Positions 16,269 to 23,898 of a stretch of 37,836 bases of DNA are shown in pieces. Under the pieces are notes generated by a model. That model did no database searches. It saw only the letters and a list, made by a program, of their open reading frames with translations, and had not been told where the DNA came from. Each line of letters begins with the position of its first letter. The first letter of the stretch is position 1. The position numbers and the translations under genes were made by a program. Origin of the DNA: a virus; the IMG/VR virus record IMGVR_UViG_3300030523_000001; one strand, given 5' to 3'.

Positions 16269-17201
16269 ATGCGAGACATCGACCGCCTTATCGACGCGGC
16301 CCGTCAGCAACGCTGGGGCGTCGAGCGGCGCAAATCGGGCCACTTCATGCTCACGCCGCCATCGCGAGGGTCCCCGCTCATTGTAGTCGCCGGTACGCCG
16401 AGCGACCACCGCGCCTACGCCAAAATTCGCGCACAACTCAAACGCGCCGGTCTCGTGTTGCCGGACGATCATACACCAAAGGAAACCTCAGCCATGCCAC
16501 GCCGACAAACCACACCCACGAAAACCAGCCGCAGTCAACGGGCGAGTGCTGCGAGCGCCAAGGCAGCCGTGACCCGCGTTCCGCGAACCAACGTGGTCGA
16601 CGCGTTGCCCACACCCCTCTCACGCGCGGATGAAGCGCGATTCGCAGCCGAGCAACGCGCCCTTGCCAAGGGCGACACGCTCCAGGCCGAGACCAAGCTG
16701 GATCGTGACCTGGCGCACCTGGCCGACCCAAACGCGGGCCGGCGCACGGTCACATCTAGGCAGAGAAGGGCGCCGCAGGAACAGGCGCTTGTCTACCGCG
16801 GCAGTCGCACACGCGGTGCCTTGGTCTTGGTCGCGCAAGAGATCGAGATCCTCGTGCCGGACGAGGACAACGACGCCAGGGTCGCCGAGATGCAGGCCGT
16901 CATCCCCGGCATGGACGAAGATAGCCAGCGCGCGGCGTGGGCCGCCGCTGCCGCCCTCCGCAATCGTGAGCCGGAGCCCTACGTGCCGCTCGCGGAGCGG
17001 TTGATCCTCAGTGGCATCCACTACCACTTCTCGCTCGGAAAGTCCACACTTGTCCACGAGGACGATGTGGACTACGTGCTCGCCTATCCCGCCTACCGCA
17101 TCGAGCGCGTTGGCGACATCAACGATAAAGAGGACGCGCTGCCGCCCGCGATTGTTCGTCGGAACACAGCGGCCGCGACGACCCAGCGGCAGAGGGCATA
17201 G
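16269..17201 (+). CDS. Hypothetical protein (310 aa) with HicA/YcfA-like N-terminal module and basic middle region
   Basis: ..RQQRWGVERRKSGHFMLTPPSRGSPLIVVAGTPSDHRAYAKIRAQLKRAGL.. resembles the HicA fold pattern (tentative). GGGGAG upstream of the ATG. Confidence 0.5.
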   Translation: MRDIDRLIDAARQQRWGVERRKSGHFMLTPPSRGSPLIVVAGTPSDHRAYAKIRAQLKRAGLVLPDDHTPKETSAMPRRQTTPTKTSRSQRASAASAKAAVTRVPRTNVVDALPTPLSRADEARFAAEQRALAKGDTLQAETKLDRDLAHLADPNAGRRTVTSRQRRAPQEQALVYRGSRTRGALVLVAQEIEILVPDEDNDARVAEMQAVIPGMDEDSQRAAWAAAAALRNREPEPYVPLAERLILSGIHYHFSLGKSTLVHEDDVDYVLAYPAYRIERVGDINDKEDALPPAIVRRNTAAATTQRQRA

Positions 17202-17203
17202 CC

Positions 17204-17458
17204 ATGGCAAAAAAGACACGGACGCCTACAGTCGATAGCGAGGGGGCCGGGGCGCGCTTGGCGGCGACGAAGGCGAAAGCGGCCCTGACGCCGCGTGACC
17301 TAGCCCTGCTGCACTGGCCGTCCATTCCACCACGGCCTTATGCGCCAACGACAGTGGTGCTCGATGAGAGCACCCAACGGGGCCGGGAGACACGAGGCCC
17401 GGACGGTACGGCCAGATGGTCGCCGAATGGTCCCGGCCCCGACGCCTACGGAGAGTGA
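17204..17458 (+). CDS. Hypothetical protein (84 aa)
   Basis: Tightly packed in the plus-strand operon, starting 3 nt after the previous stop. Confidence 0.45.
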   Translation: MAKKTRTPTVDSEGAGARLAATKAKAALTPRDLALLHWPSIPPRPYAPTTVVLDESTQRGRETRGPDGTARWSPNGPGPDAYGE

Positions 17459-17461
17459 TAT

Positions 17462-17728
17462 ATGAGCACGACAGATACCGCACAGCAGACGCCCCGCGAG
17501 ATCCTCGCCCACGCGCGGGAACGGAATGCACAACTGCAGGCCAAGGGCTTGGCGGCACAGCGCATCGGCCGGGGCCTCGTGGCCGTTGAGCGCGACGATG
17601 TACGGGCCACTTCGCATGACACCGCCTTGGCCCTCGTACGCTGCCAGGACCTGGTGGCGGATATGATGGCGTTGTCAACCGAGGTCGTCGAGGCGTGTGA
17701 GGGTGCCCTAGTGGCGTCCCACGAATAG
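17462..17728 (+). CDS. Hypothetical protein (88 aa)
   Basis: GGAGAG upstream. Tightly packed. Confidence 0.45.
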   Translation: MSTTDTAQQTPREILAHARERNAQLQAKGLAAQRIGRGLVAVERDDVRATSHDTALALVRCQDLVADMMALSTEVVEACEGALVASHE

Positions 17729-17736
17729 GAGGAACC

Positions 17737-18237
17737 ATGCCCCGCGTCTGTACCATCTGCACGCGTCCAGAGCGCGAGGCCATTGACCGGGCGCTGGTGG
17801 GTGGGACAGCGTGCCGAGAAGTTGCCGCGTTATACCGCGTTTCACCGGATGCGGTGGAGCGCCATAAAGGGGCGCACCTACCCCAAATGCTCACTGAAAC
17901 GCGGCAGGCGCGTGAGGAGGCGCACGCGCTCGATGTTGTGAAGCAGTTGCGCGTCATCAATGGCGTGAGCTTGCAGATCCTGAACGAGGCGCGACAGGGC
18001 AAGGACCCGCAGACCGCACTCAAGGCCGTGGATCGCATCCACCGGCAAATCGAACTGCAAGCCAAACTCCTGGGTCAACTCGATGACCGGCCGCAGATCA
18101 ATCTGCTGATGGCCCCCGAGTGGGTTCTGGTGCGGTCCGCGCTGCTCATGGCCCTTGCGTCCCATCCCGAGGCGCGGCTAGCCGTGACGACTGCGCTGAT
18201 GGCCGTAGAAGCGCCCTCCGCGTTAGGGGCCGCGTGA
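17737..18237 (+). CDS. Terminase small-subunit-like HTH protein (166 aa)
   Basis: AGGAGG upstream. MPRVCTICTRPEREAIDRALVGGTACREVAALYRVSPDAVERHKGAHLP is the Zn-knuckle plus HTH opening typical of many phage TerS proteins. It sits directly upstream of TerL with a 1-nt overlap. Confidence 0.5.
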   Translation: MPRVCTICTRPEREAIDRALVGGTACREVAALYRVSPDAVERHKGAHLPQMLTETRQAREEAHALDVVKQLRVINGVSLQILNEARQGKDPQTALKAVDRIHRQIELQAKLLGQLDDRPQINLLMAPEWVLVRSALLMALASHPEARLAVTTALMAVEAPSALGAA

Positions 18238-18995
18238 TGATCGTGTCGCCCATTGCCTCCGACCTGGCCCGTGCGCTGGACCCGGTGCTGCTCGCCGAGC
18301 AGGTGGGTATCGTACCCGATCCGTGGCAAGCTAATGTGCTGCGCTCGACGGCGAGCCGGCTGCTGCTCAACTGTAGCCGCCAATCGGGGAAGTCGACCAT
18401 TACCAGTATCCTGGCGTTGCACACGGCGCTCTACACGTCCGGTAGCCTCGTGCTGCTACTCTCGCCGTCGCTGCGACAGAGCGGCGAGCTCTTCAAGAAA
18501 GCGCTCGGTGTATACAAGGACCTCGGGCGACCCGTGGCGCCCGAGAGCGAAACGGCGCTCACGCTGACCCTCGATAACGGTAGCCGCATCGTGAGCCTAC
18601 CCGGCTCGAAGGACGGCAACATTCGCGGGTACAGCGGCGTCAACCTTCTTGTCATCGACGAGGCGGCCTGGGTCGCGGAGAGTCTGTACATGAGCGTCCG
18701 GCCCATGCTGGCGGTCAGCGGGGGGCGGATGCTGGCCCTGTCCACTCCCCACGGGACGCGCGGGTGGTTTTACGAAGCGTGGCGTGGCGTGGAGCCATGG
18801 GAGCGGTACGAGGTGCCGGCGACACTCTGCCCCCGCATCTCGCCGGCGTTCCTGGCCGAAGAGAAGCGCAGCATGGGCGACTGGTGGTTTCAGCAAGAAT
18901 ACGGCTGCACATTCAGTGAAGCCGAGACACAAGCGTTCCGCCGCGAGGACGTCGAGCGCGCCTTTAGGGAGGATCTTGAGGAATGGGATTTATAA
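18237..18995 (+). CDS. Terminase large subunit, ATPase domain only (252 aa)
   Basis: ..PDPWQANVLRS..LLLNCSRQSGKSTI.. (Walker A), ..LLVIDEAAW.. (Walker B), ..LSTPHGTRGWFYEAW.. . Ends where the nuclease domain normally begins. Confidence 0.7.
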   Translation: MIVSPIASDLARALDPVLLAEQVGIVPDPWQANVLRSTASRLLLNCSRQSGKSTITSILALHTALYTSGSLVLLLSPSLRQSGELFKKALGVYKDLGRPVAPESETALTLTLDNGSRIVSLPGSKDGNIRGYSGVNLLVIDEAAWVAESLYMSVRPMLAVSGGRMLALSTPHGTRGWFYEAWRGVEPWERYEVPATLCPRISPAFLAEEKRSMGDWWFQQEYGCTFSEAETQAFRREDVERAFREDLEEWDL

Positions 18996-19759
18996 CCATT
19001 GGGGTCGATATTGGCCAGAAGCGAGACCCCACGGCCATCGCCGTGGCCGAAACGGTGTGGCAGGCGACCCCGAACGGCCGTGGCGTGGAAGAGCGCTACA
19101 CCATCCGCCGCACCGAACGCCTGCCGCTGGGCACGGCGTACCCCGTCGTTGCCGAGCGCATCGCCGGTGTCGTCACGAATCTCCATAAACGAGCGGAGCC
19201 CCCAGGGGGGCCACAGATGGAATACGACCCGGTGAGTGGCGTCTACCAGACGGCGACGGTTGCGCCGCCAGAGATCGTCCTCTATGTAGACGCGACGGGC
19301 GTGGGCCAGCCGGTGGTCGACCTGCTCGCGCGCGCGGGTGTCCAGCCTATTGCCGTCTACTTCACGCACGGCGATAGGCGCACCGTGCGCGAGGATGGCA
19401 GCGTCGCGCTCGGTAAAGGGTGGCTCGTGTCCCGCCTTCAATCCCTCTTACAGACCGACCGGCTGCTGTTGCCCAAGACGGGCGAGGCGGCCGCCCTGAC
19501 GGAGGAATTGCTGAACTACGAGATTAAGGTCTCGGAGGATGCCAATGAGCAGTACGGCGCGTTCCGCGTCGGGACCCACGACGACCTCGTGACTGCGATT
19601 GGCCTGGCCACACAAGGAGCCCCCGAGATTGAGACCACGGAGATTGTCTACCTGGAGGACATCGTAGGTGACTACCGCATCCATATCGGAGGCGGTGAGT
19701 CGTACCAAAACCCACACCAGCAGGCGCTATCGGAATGGCGCCGCTACTTCGGTCGTTGA
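18983..19759 (+). CDS. Terminase large subunit, RNase-H-like nuclease domain as a separate ORF (258 aa)
   Basis: MGFITIGVDIGQKRDPTAIAV.., ..LYVDATGVGQPVVDLL.. and ..GTHDDLVTAIGLA.. are the three acidic motifs of terminase nucleases. Overlaps the ATPase ORF by 13 nt in the -1 frame. Confidence 0.65.
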   Translation: MGFITIGVDIGQKRDPTAIAVAETVWQATPNGRGVEERYTIRRTERLPLGTAYPVVAERIAGVVTNLHKRAEPPGGPQMEYDPVSGVYQTATVAPPEIVLYVDATGVGQPVVDLLARAGVQPIAVYFTHGDRRTVREDGSVALGKGWLVSRLQSLLQTDRLLLPKTGEAAALTEELLNYEIKVSEDANEQYGAFRVGTHDDLVTAIGLATQGAPEIETTEIVYLEDIVGDYRIHIGGGESYQNPHQQALSEWRRYFGR

Positions 19760-19792
19760 GTGACCGCCCAACATTATAGAGGACACAACACG

Positions 19793-20299
19793 ATGACCAC
19801 AACCAATCGACCCACGCCAGCAACGGCGAGCACGCTACACTCCATGCTCGACGCCCTGCTGTCCCCCCCGCCCGCTGCCGCGCCCGAGCCGCCGACGGCG
19901 CACCCCAGCACGACGACGCTGGTGGAAGACTTGAGCGCCATTGTGCGACGTAGCCAGGCACGGCCACAGCCGCCGCGCACGGCTCCCGGCGCCGCCTCGG
20001 CGGCCACGCTGACCGAGACGACGCATAATCGCGCCAACGACACGAACCAGGACGGGACGCTCGTCCACAACGTGTCGTTGTGTGAGGGCTTAAACGTGCC
20101 ACTGCAAGCGTACCGCTGGGAGCCCCTGCCCACCTCTGATGATCCGTGGGGGTTGCGCGAGCGTATGGACGTGCTGGAGACCGCGATTGCCGCGCGCACC
20201 ACGCCGACGCGCCCCGTACCGGCCACCCCCGCCATGTCGTCGCTCACCGAGGCGCGACTGACGAAAGCCCATCAACGGCTCAACGAGATACTGGGCTAA
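19793..20299 (+). CDS. Hypothetical Pro/Thr/Ala-rich protein (about 168 aa; GTG alternative at 19760)
   Basis: ORF following the terminase. AGAGGA upstream of ATG 19793. Low complexity in the N-terminal half. Confidence 0.4.
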   Translation: MTTTNRPTPATASTLHSMLDALLSPPPAAAPEPPTAHPSTTTLVEDLSAIVRRSQARPQPPRTAPGAASAATLTETTHNRANDTNQDGTLVHNVSLCEGLNVPLQAYRWEPLPTSDDPWGLRERMDVLETAIAARTTPTRPVPATPAMSSLTEARLTKAHQRLNEILG

Positions 20300-20321
20300 T
20301 CAGCCAAGAGAGGTAGACATA

Positions 20322-20906
20322 ATGAATCTCAACTCACCGCAGGCCATGGAGGCGGCCGCCTTCCAACAACTGCAAAACACGTTAATTAACCAGGGCCGCG
20401 ATTCCCAGTTATCCCTCCAACACAAGGCGACGTGGGAGCGGGAGCACCGCATGGTCTGGACGGAAGCGCCCCTCGCCGTGAGAACGGCCATCAGGGCGCG
20501 TCAGGACGCGATCCAGCGCGAACAGCAGCGTCTCGAAGAGATGGCGAAGGCGCGCTATAACGCCGGCCTGGAAGCCCTCAAGCGGCGCTACCGTGAGCGG
20601 CGCGACATCACGGGCGTCGAGTACGACGCGGGCCAGCGCGAACTACATAACGAGTGGCAAGCACGCCGGGTCGACCTGGCGCGGCGTTACGTCCACACGT
20701 TCGCCGACGCGCGGCTGAAAGAGATTCAGGAGCAAGCCCATACCGTGTCCACAGCGGCGCGGGACGCGAAATGGGAGCGCGAGGGCGCGGCCCTCATCGA
20801 GAGCTACGCCATGCCCGAGCCGCCGGCGTGGGCTACTGAGCCCGAACAGGCAGAGGCGGTCGAGAAGACGACCGGGCGACGCCGGCCAGCGACAGCCGCG
20901 CGCTAA
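20322..20906 (+). CDS. Hypothetical coiled-coil protein (194 aa)
   Basis: AGAGAGG upstream. Charged heptad-like sequence (..QREQQRLEEMAKARYNAGLEALKRRYRERR..). Confidence 0.5.
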   Translation: MNLNSPQAMEAAAFQQLQNTLINQGRDSQLSLQHKATWEREHRMVWTEAPLAVRTAIRARQDAIQREQQRLEEMAKARYNAGLEALKRRYRERRDITGVEYDAGQRELHNEWQARRVDLARRYVHTFADARLKEIQEQAHTVSTAARDAKWEREGAALIESYAMPEPPAWATEPEQAEAVEKTTGRRRPATAAR

Positions 20907-20966
20907 AGCATGGGGCGTATGACGCGCCCGGTGACATGACATGACCGAAAGGTGAGGGTGGGGCCG

Positions 20967-21734
20967 ATGCCCGAGGGGCGAGTTATCGCAGTGGATAGTG
21001 ACAGCGGCGGGGGGCTGATACGGCCCCTGCGCCGGCAGCCGGATACGCGCTTTACAGGCGCGGGGGTGGTTCAAGACGGCTCTCCGCCTGTGCAGGTGGG
21101 CGATTGGGTATCGTTTATGTTGGCGGACAGCACGCCGGGCCAGGCGCGCCTGGCCGTTGAGGTGCGTCATGCGCCCCCACCCGCGCACGAGGCGGCCATG
21201 CAGGACCCCGCGTGGAGCGGGTCCTGGGCCAACATTGAGCGCGACCACGAGGAGTACCGGCAGGCAGTCGAACGCCGGTACAAGCGCGGCGAGGTGACGA
21301 TTTATCAGCGGGCGGGTCTCCTCGCGGACGCGGAGTACGCGCGGGCAACGCATCTCGTGCGCATTGTACGCATGAGGGCCGACGGCCACAATGGGGCGCT
21401 GGAACAGGGCACGATTTGGAGCGTGAAGCCGCGCGGCTTTGCGTTTGTCTGCACGGCCACGGGCGAGCATCTCTTCATGCACGCCTCCCATGTAGTCGGC
21501 GTCCCCTTTAGCGAGCTGCGTCCCGGCGACACCGTGACCTATCGGCGCACCCGCGACCCACGCGGCAAAGGGTTCATCGCCACGCGGGTCGAGCGCATTA
21601 AGCGCGCGCCCGTCACCGCCACGACGGCACACGTCCCCGCGCCCGAGGAGCCCACGCCGGGACGGTGGCGGGTCCCCGCGGGGTGGCCGGCCGATGACGA
21701 GGACGCCGAGGATGATTGGGGTGCGGCGTCGTAA
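20967..21734 (+). CDS. Protein with two cold-shock/S1-like OB domains (about 255 aa)
   Basis: ..GRVIAVDSDSGGGLIRP..VQVGDWVSF.. and ..GTIWSVKPRGFAFVCTATGEHLFMHASHVVGVPFSELRPGDTVTYR..GKGFIATRV.. follow the CSD pattern (G-x-V-x-W, GFGFI-like, F-x-H, GD-x-V-x-F). Confidence 0.55.
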   Translation: MPEGRVIAVDSDSGGGLIRPLRRQPDTRFTGAGVVQDGSPPVQVGDWVSFMLADSTPGQARLAVEVRHAPPPAHEAAMQDPAWSGSWANIERDHEEYRQAVERRYKRGEVTIYQRAGLLADAEYARATHLVRIVRMRADGHNGALEQGTIWSVKPRGFAFVCTATGEHLFMHASHVVGVPFSELRPGDTVTYRRTRDPRGKGFIATRVERIKRAPVTATTAHVPAPEEPTPGRWRVPAGWPADDEDAEDDWGAAS

Positions 21735-21782
21735 ATGACAAGGGGGGGGACCATTATCCCGGCGCGTTAGCCGGCCTGGGGC

Positions 21783-21811
21783 TTGACTGTCTCCTCGTTT
21801 GATGCCATAAT
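21783..21811 (+). promoter_or_regulatory. Near-consensus sigma-70 promoter driving the low-GC cargo cassette
   Basis: TTGACT (21783-21788), 17 nt, TGc-CATAAT (21806-21811). Confidence 0.55.
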
Positions 21812-21879
21812 GGCACCAACGAAACGGCGGTCTCCGATGGTGTTGACCAGGAGGTCCCCCCGTAGGATGGAGGGAGCAA

Positions 21880-22173
21880 GTGGCGGTTTATCACCGCCTC
21901 GCATCACCAACACAAACAGCCTCCGATGCGCAGAAGCAACAGGCAAGTCAGGAAATGTGGGGAAATCCTCCACGCGGTAGCAATATTCCGGCCGTGCAGG
22001 CGTACCACGGCTCCCTACCTGCGGGAAAGGAAGGGATCGAGTTTGAGACGGACATTCCTCCTGACGACTGGAATCCGCCCGGTCAGGCATACTGGCGCGG
22101 TCCACGCCCCGGTGTCGCCGTCGATCAAGATGTTGCCAAAATCAAGGTAAGAATCATACGAGTAGTCCCGTAG
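21880..22173 (+). CDS. Hypothetical protein (97 aa, GTG start), atypical codon usage
   Basis: GGAGGGAG about 5 nt upstream of the GTG. Third-position GC is visibly lower than in neighbouring genes. No secure family assignment. Confidence 0.4.
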   Translation: MAVYHRLASPTQTASDAQKQQASQEMWGNPPRGSNIPAVQAYHGSLPAGKEGIEFETDIPPDDWNPPGQAYWRGPRPGVAVDQDVAKIKVRIIRVVP

Positions 22174-22190
22174 TACGGCCCCCGATAGGA

Positions 22191-22571
22191 TTGTCCATGA
22201 GTTCGTTACCTACTGCTTTTATTCAAGTGCCCTTGCGACCGGACCAGTTAGAACGGGGGCTTCCGTCTTTCTCTAACGACGAAGTGCCGGGTGTTCCGGT
22301 CACCATGGTCGCGGCGGACCCGGCTGAATTGGAGAAGCGGTGGGGGCTGCATTTTGACGATACGTTTGACAATCTGGATTACGTCAAAGTCGCCGTGGTG
22401 CAGACGCGCTCAGGCGCCCGTCTAACGCTCCTCGTCCATAGGGGCAACCCCGTCCCCGGTGTTGAGTTGTGCGCCGTCGATGCGAGCAGTGCGAGTATTC
22501 AAGCGGCGCAGCTCCTGGCGCGTAGCCTTGGTGTATCGCCGATTTGGCAAGTACCTGAGTACGCCCACTAG
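22191..22571 (+). CDS. Hypothetical protein (124-126 aa; TTG 22191 or ATG 22197)
   Basis: Follows 21880-22173 by 17 nt. No motif recognised. Confidence 0.45.
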   Translation: MSMSSLPTAFIQVPLRPDQLERGLPSFSNDEVPGVPVTMVAADPAELEKRWGLHFDDTFDNLDYVKVAVVQTRSGARLTLLVHRGNPVPGVELCAVDASSASIQAAQLLARSLGVSPIWQVPEYAH

Positions 22572-22585
22572 CTCGATACATTGCC

Positions 22586-22786
22586 ATGCTAACGACCGCC
22601 ATCACCGGCCGCCCGATCCCCTGCTGGGCGTGCCTCAAGCCCGCCCACGGGGCCATCGACGGCCATCCCTACTGCGCCGCCTGCATCGCGGCTACCGTCC
22701 CCACACAAACGCGCTATCTGCCCGGCCAGGAGGACAAGCGGGCCACTGGCAATGGTGGCGCGGACTGGGGCGCTCCTAGCCGTTGA
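22586..22786 (+). CDS. Small Cys/His-rich (zinc-ribbon-like) protein (66 aa)
   Basis: ..CWACLKPAHGAIDGHPYCAAC.. . High third-position GC. Its 3' end is duplicated at 23447-23508. Confidence 0.4.
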   Translation: MLTTAITGRPIPCWACLKPAHGAIDGHPYCAACIAATVPTQTRYLPGQEDKRATGNGGADWGAPSR

Positions 22787-22791
22787 CCTTC

Positions 22792-23337
22792 TTAGCGCAG
22801 GGCCGGCGCAACGGCGTCCCACATCTCCACCACAGCGTCGCGCCACCCCTCAAGATAGGCCGCGTCATCAGCCTCTGTAACTGCCTTCATGTAGCGGGTA
22901 TGGACGTCCGAACCTTCGACTAGATTGACGTTCAGCTCCAGTCCGAGGTCGCGTAGAACCCAAAACTCCACTCTAAGGGCTACGTCGAGATTTCGCCTGT
23001 CTCCGTCCACGCGGAACTGCTGGGATAGCGCTTCACGCACATGCCGGACGTCGAGCGACCTGAACTCTGCCACATCCAGTAGTTCAACCCGCGTTGCCTT
23101 CTCCGTCGCCCACTCAATCCCATCCTCATGGCCATGCTCATACCATCGCTCACGCGCCCCCCCGAGCCTTTCCAGCAGCCGGACAATCTTCGGGTCGGCA
23201 ACAGCCGGACGTGCTTCGATCATGTCTAACTCCTTCTCCAACGCAACCGCACAGACCTTCGACACATTCACGCGATCCCTCATCCGCTCCATGCGCCCAT
23301 ATAGCGGATCAGGAATAGTGAGATTTAACCGCGCCAT
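22792..23337 (-). CDS. Ribbon-helix-helix protein with a C-terminal extension of about 140 aa (181 aa)
   Basis: GGAGGTG upstream of ATG 23337. MARLNLTIPDPLYGRMERMRDRVNVSKVCAVALEKEL is an RHH opening. The longer 277-aa ORF in the track runs into the promoter region and is rejected. Confidence 0.6.
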   Translation of the reverse strand: MARLNLTIPDPLYGRMERMRDRVNVSKVCAVALEKELDMIEARPAVADPKIVRLLERLGGARERWYEHGHEDGIEWATEKATRVELLDVAEFRSLDVRHVREALSQQFRVDGDRRNLDVALRVEFWVLRDLGLELNVNLVEGSDVHTRYMKAVTEADDAAYLEGWRDAVVEMWDAVAPALR

Positions 23338-23373
23338 ATTCACCTCCGCGTATACTACGTAGCTACAATACGC

Positions 23374-23402
23374 ATTGTACGTGTAGCACGCATCGTTGTC
23401 AA
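23374..23402 (-). promoter_or_regulatory. Consensus-like promoter for the RHH gene 22792-23337
   Basis: Minus strand reads TTGACA, 17 nt, TACAAT. The -10 lies within the inverted repeat TACAAT-ACGC-ATTGTA (23364-23379), a possible auto-operator. Confidence 0.55.
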
Positions 23403-23538
23403 CCGCTCCCCTGTTTCTTAGGTGGTACGGATAGCGGGCTCCGCCAATGGAGCGGGAGCCAGCCACCACGAACGGCACGGACTGGGGCGGCGCTCCCAGC
23501 CGCTGACCCGCCTGCGGCGCGCTGACCTGTACACGACA

Positions 23539-23554
23539 TAGAACATATGTTCTA
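23539..23554. promoter_or_regulatory. 16-bp perfect palindrome TAGAACATATGTTCTA = Cheo-type LexA (SOS) box GAAC-N4-GTTC
   Basis: Exact GAACATATGTTC core. Its 3' end overlaps by 2 nt a plus-strand TAGAAT -10-like hexamer (23553-23558), about 345 nt upstream of the relaxase start. Confidence 0.45.
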
Positions 23555-23898
23555 GAATGTATGCGTACTCCATCAGCAGGGAGCGTCGGGTGACCGATAG
23601 AGGGTGTCGGTAGGAATGGCCCCATGAGGGCCGTTGCGCGCCGTATGCGGCTTGTGCGTGCGCGTGACGCGGCCCTCCGGCCGTTGCCATCTCTTCGTTA
23701 GCCGCCCTCTCTTCTTCCAGTAGTCGCGCCCCTACCGTCACGCGCGACCGTGTATGCTAGTGGCAGGGGTTCGCGCAGCAAACCAGTACTCACTACCGAA
23801 TTGTTCGCTGGCGCTCACAATATCGTCCGTTCGCCCCGGCCGCTCTCCGCGCCTGGACACGCACGACCTGGCCCCTTGAAAGAGAAGAGGGGTGTGCG

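Noticed and set aside
16153-16386. 77-aa plus-strand ORF overlapping the start of 16269-17201
   Set aside because: It is out of frame with a better-supported gene that has an SD sequence and a recognisable N-terminal module. It has low-complexity Ser/Thr/Ala content.
18975-19000. Programmed -1 ribosomal frameshift joining the TerL ATPase and nuclease ORFs
   Set aside because: The overlap (..GAG GAA TGG GAT TTA TAA) has no canonical X XXY YYZ slippery heptamer and no obvious downstream structure. The nuclease ORF has its own ATG. Two separate polypeptides or a sequencing indel seem more likely, but this cannot be settled from sequence alone.
21880-22173. Calling the 97-aa cargo ORF an ADP-ribosyltransferase or polymorphic-toxin domain (YH.., GIEFET..)
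   Set aside because: The motif resemblance is superficial and the protein is too short for a complete ART fold. It is left as hypothetical.
23418-23741. 107-aa minus-strand ORF between the RHH gene and the relaxase
   Set aside because: It has no ribosome-binding site and a biased composition. It spans the LexA-box palindrome and the duplicated ORF tail. The region is better explained as regulatory or oriT DNA.
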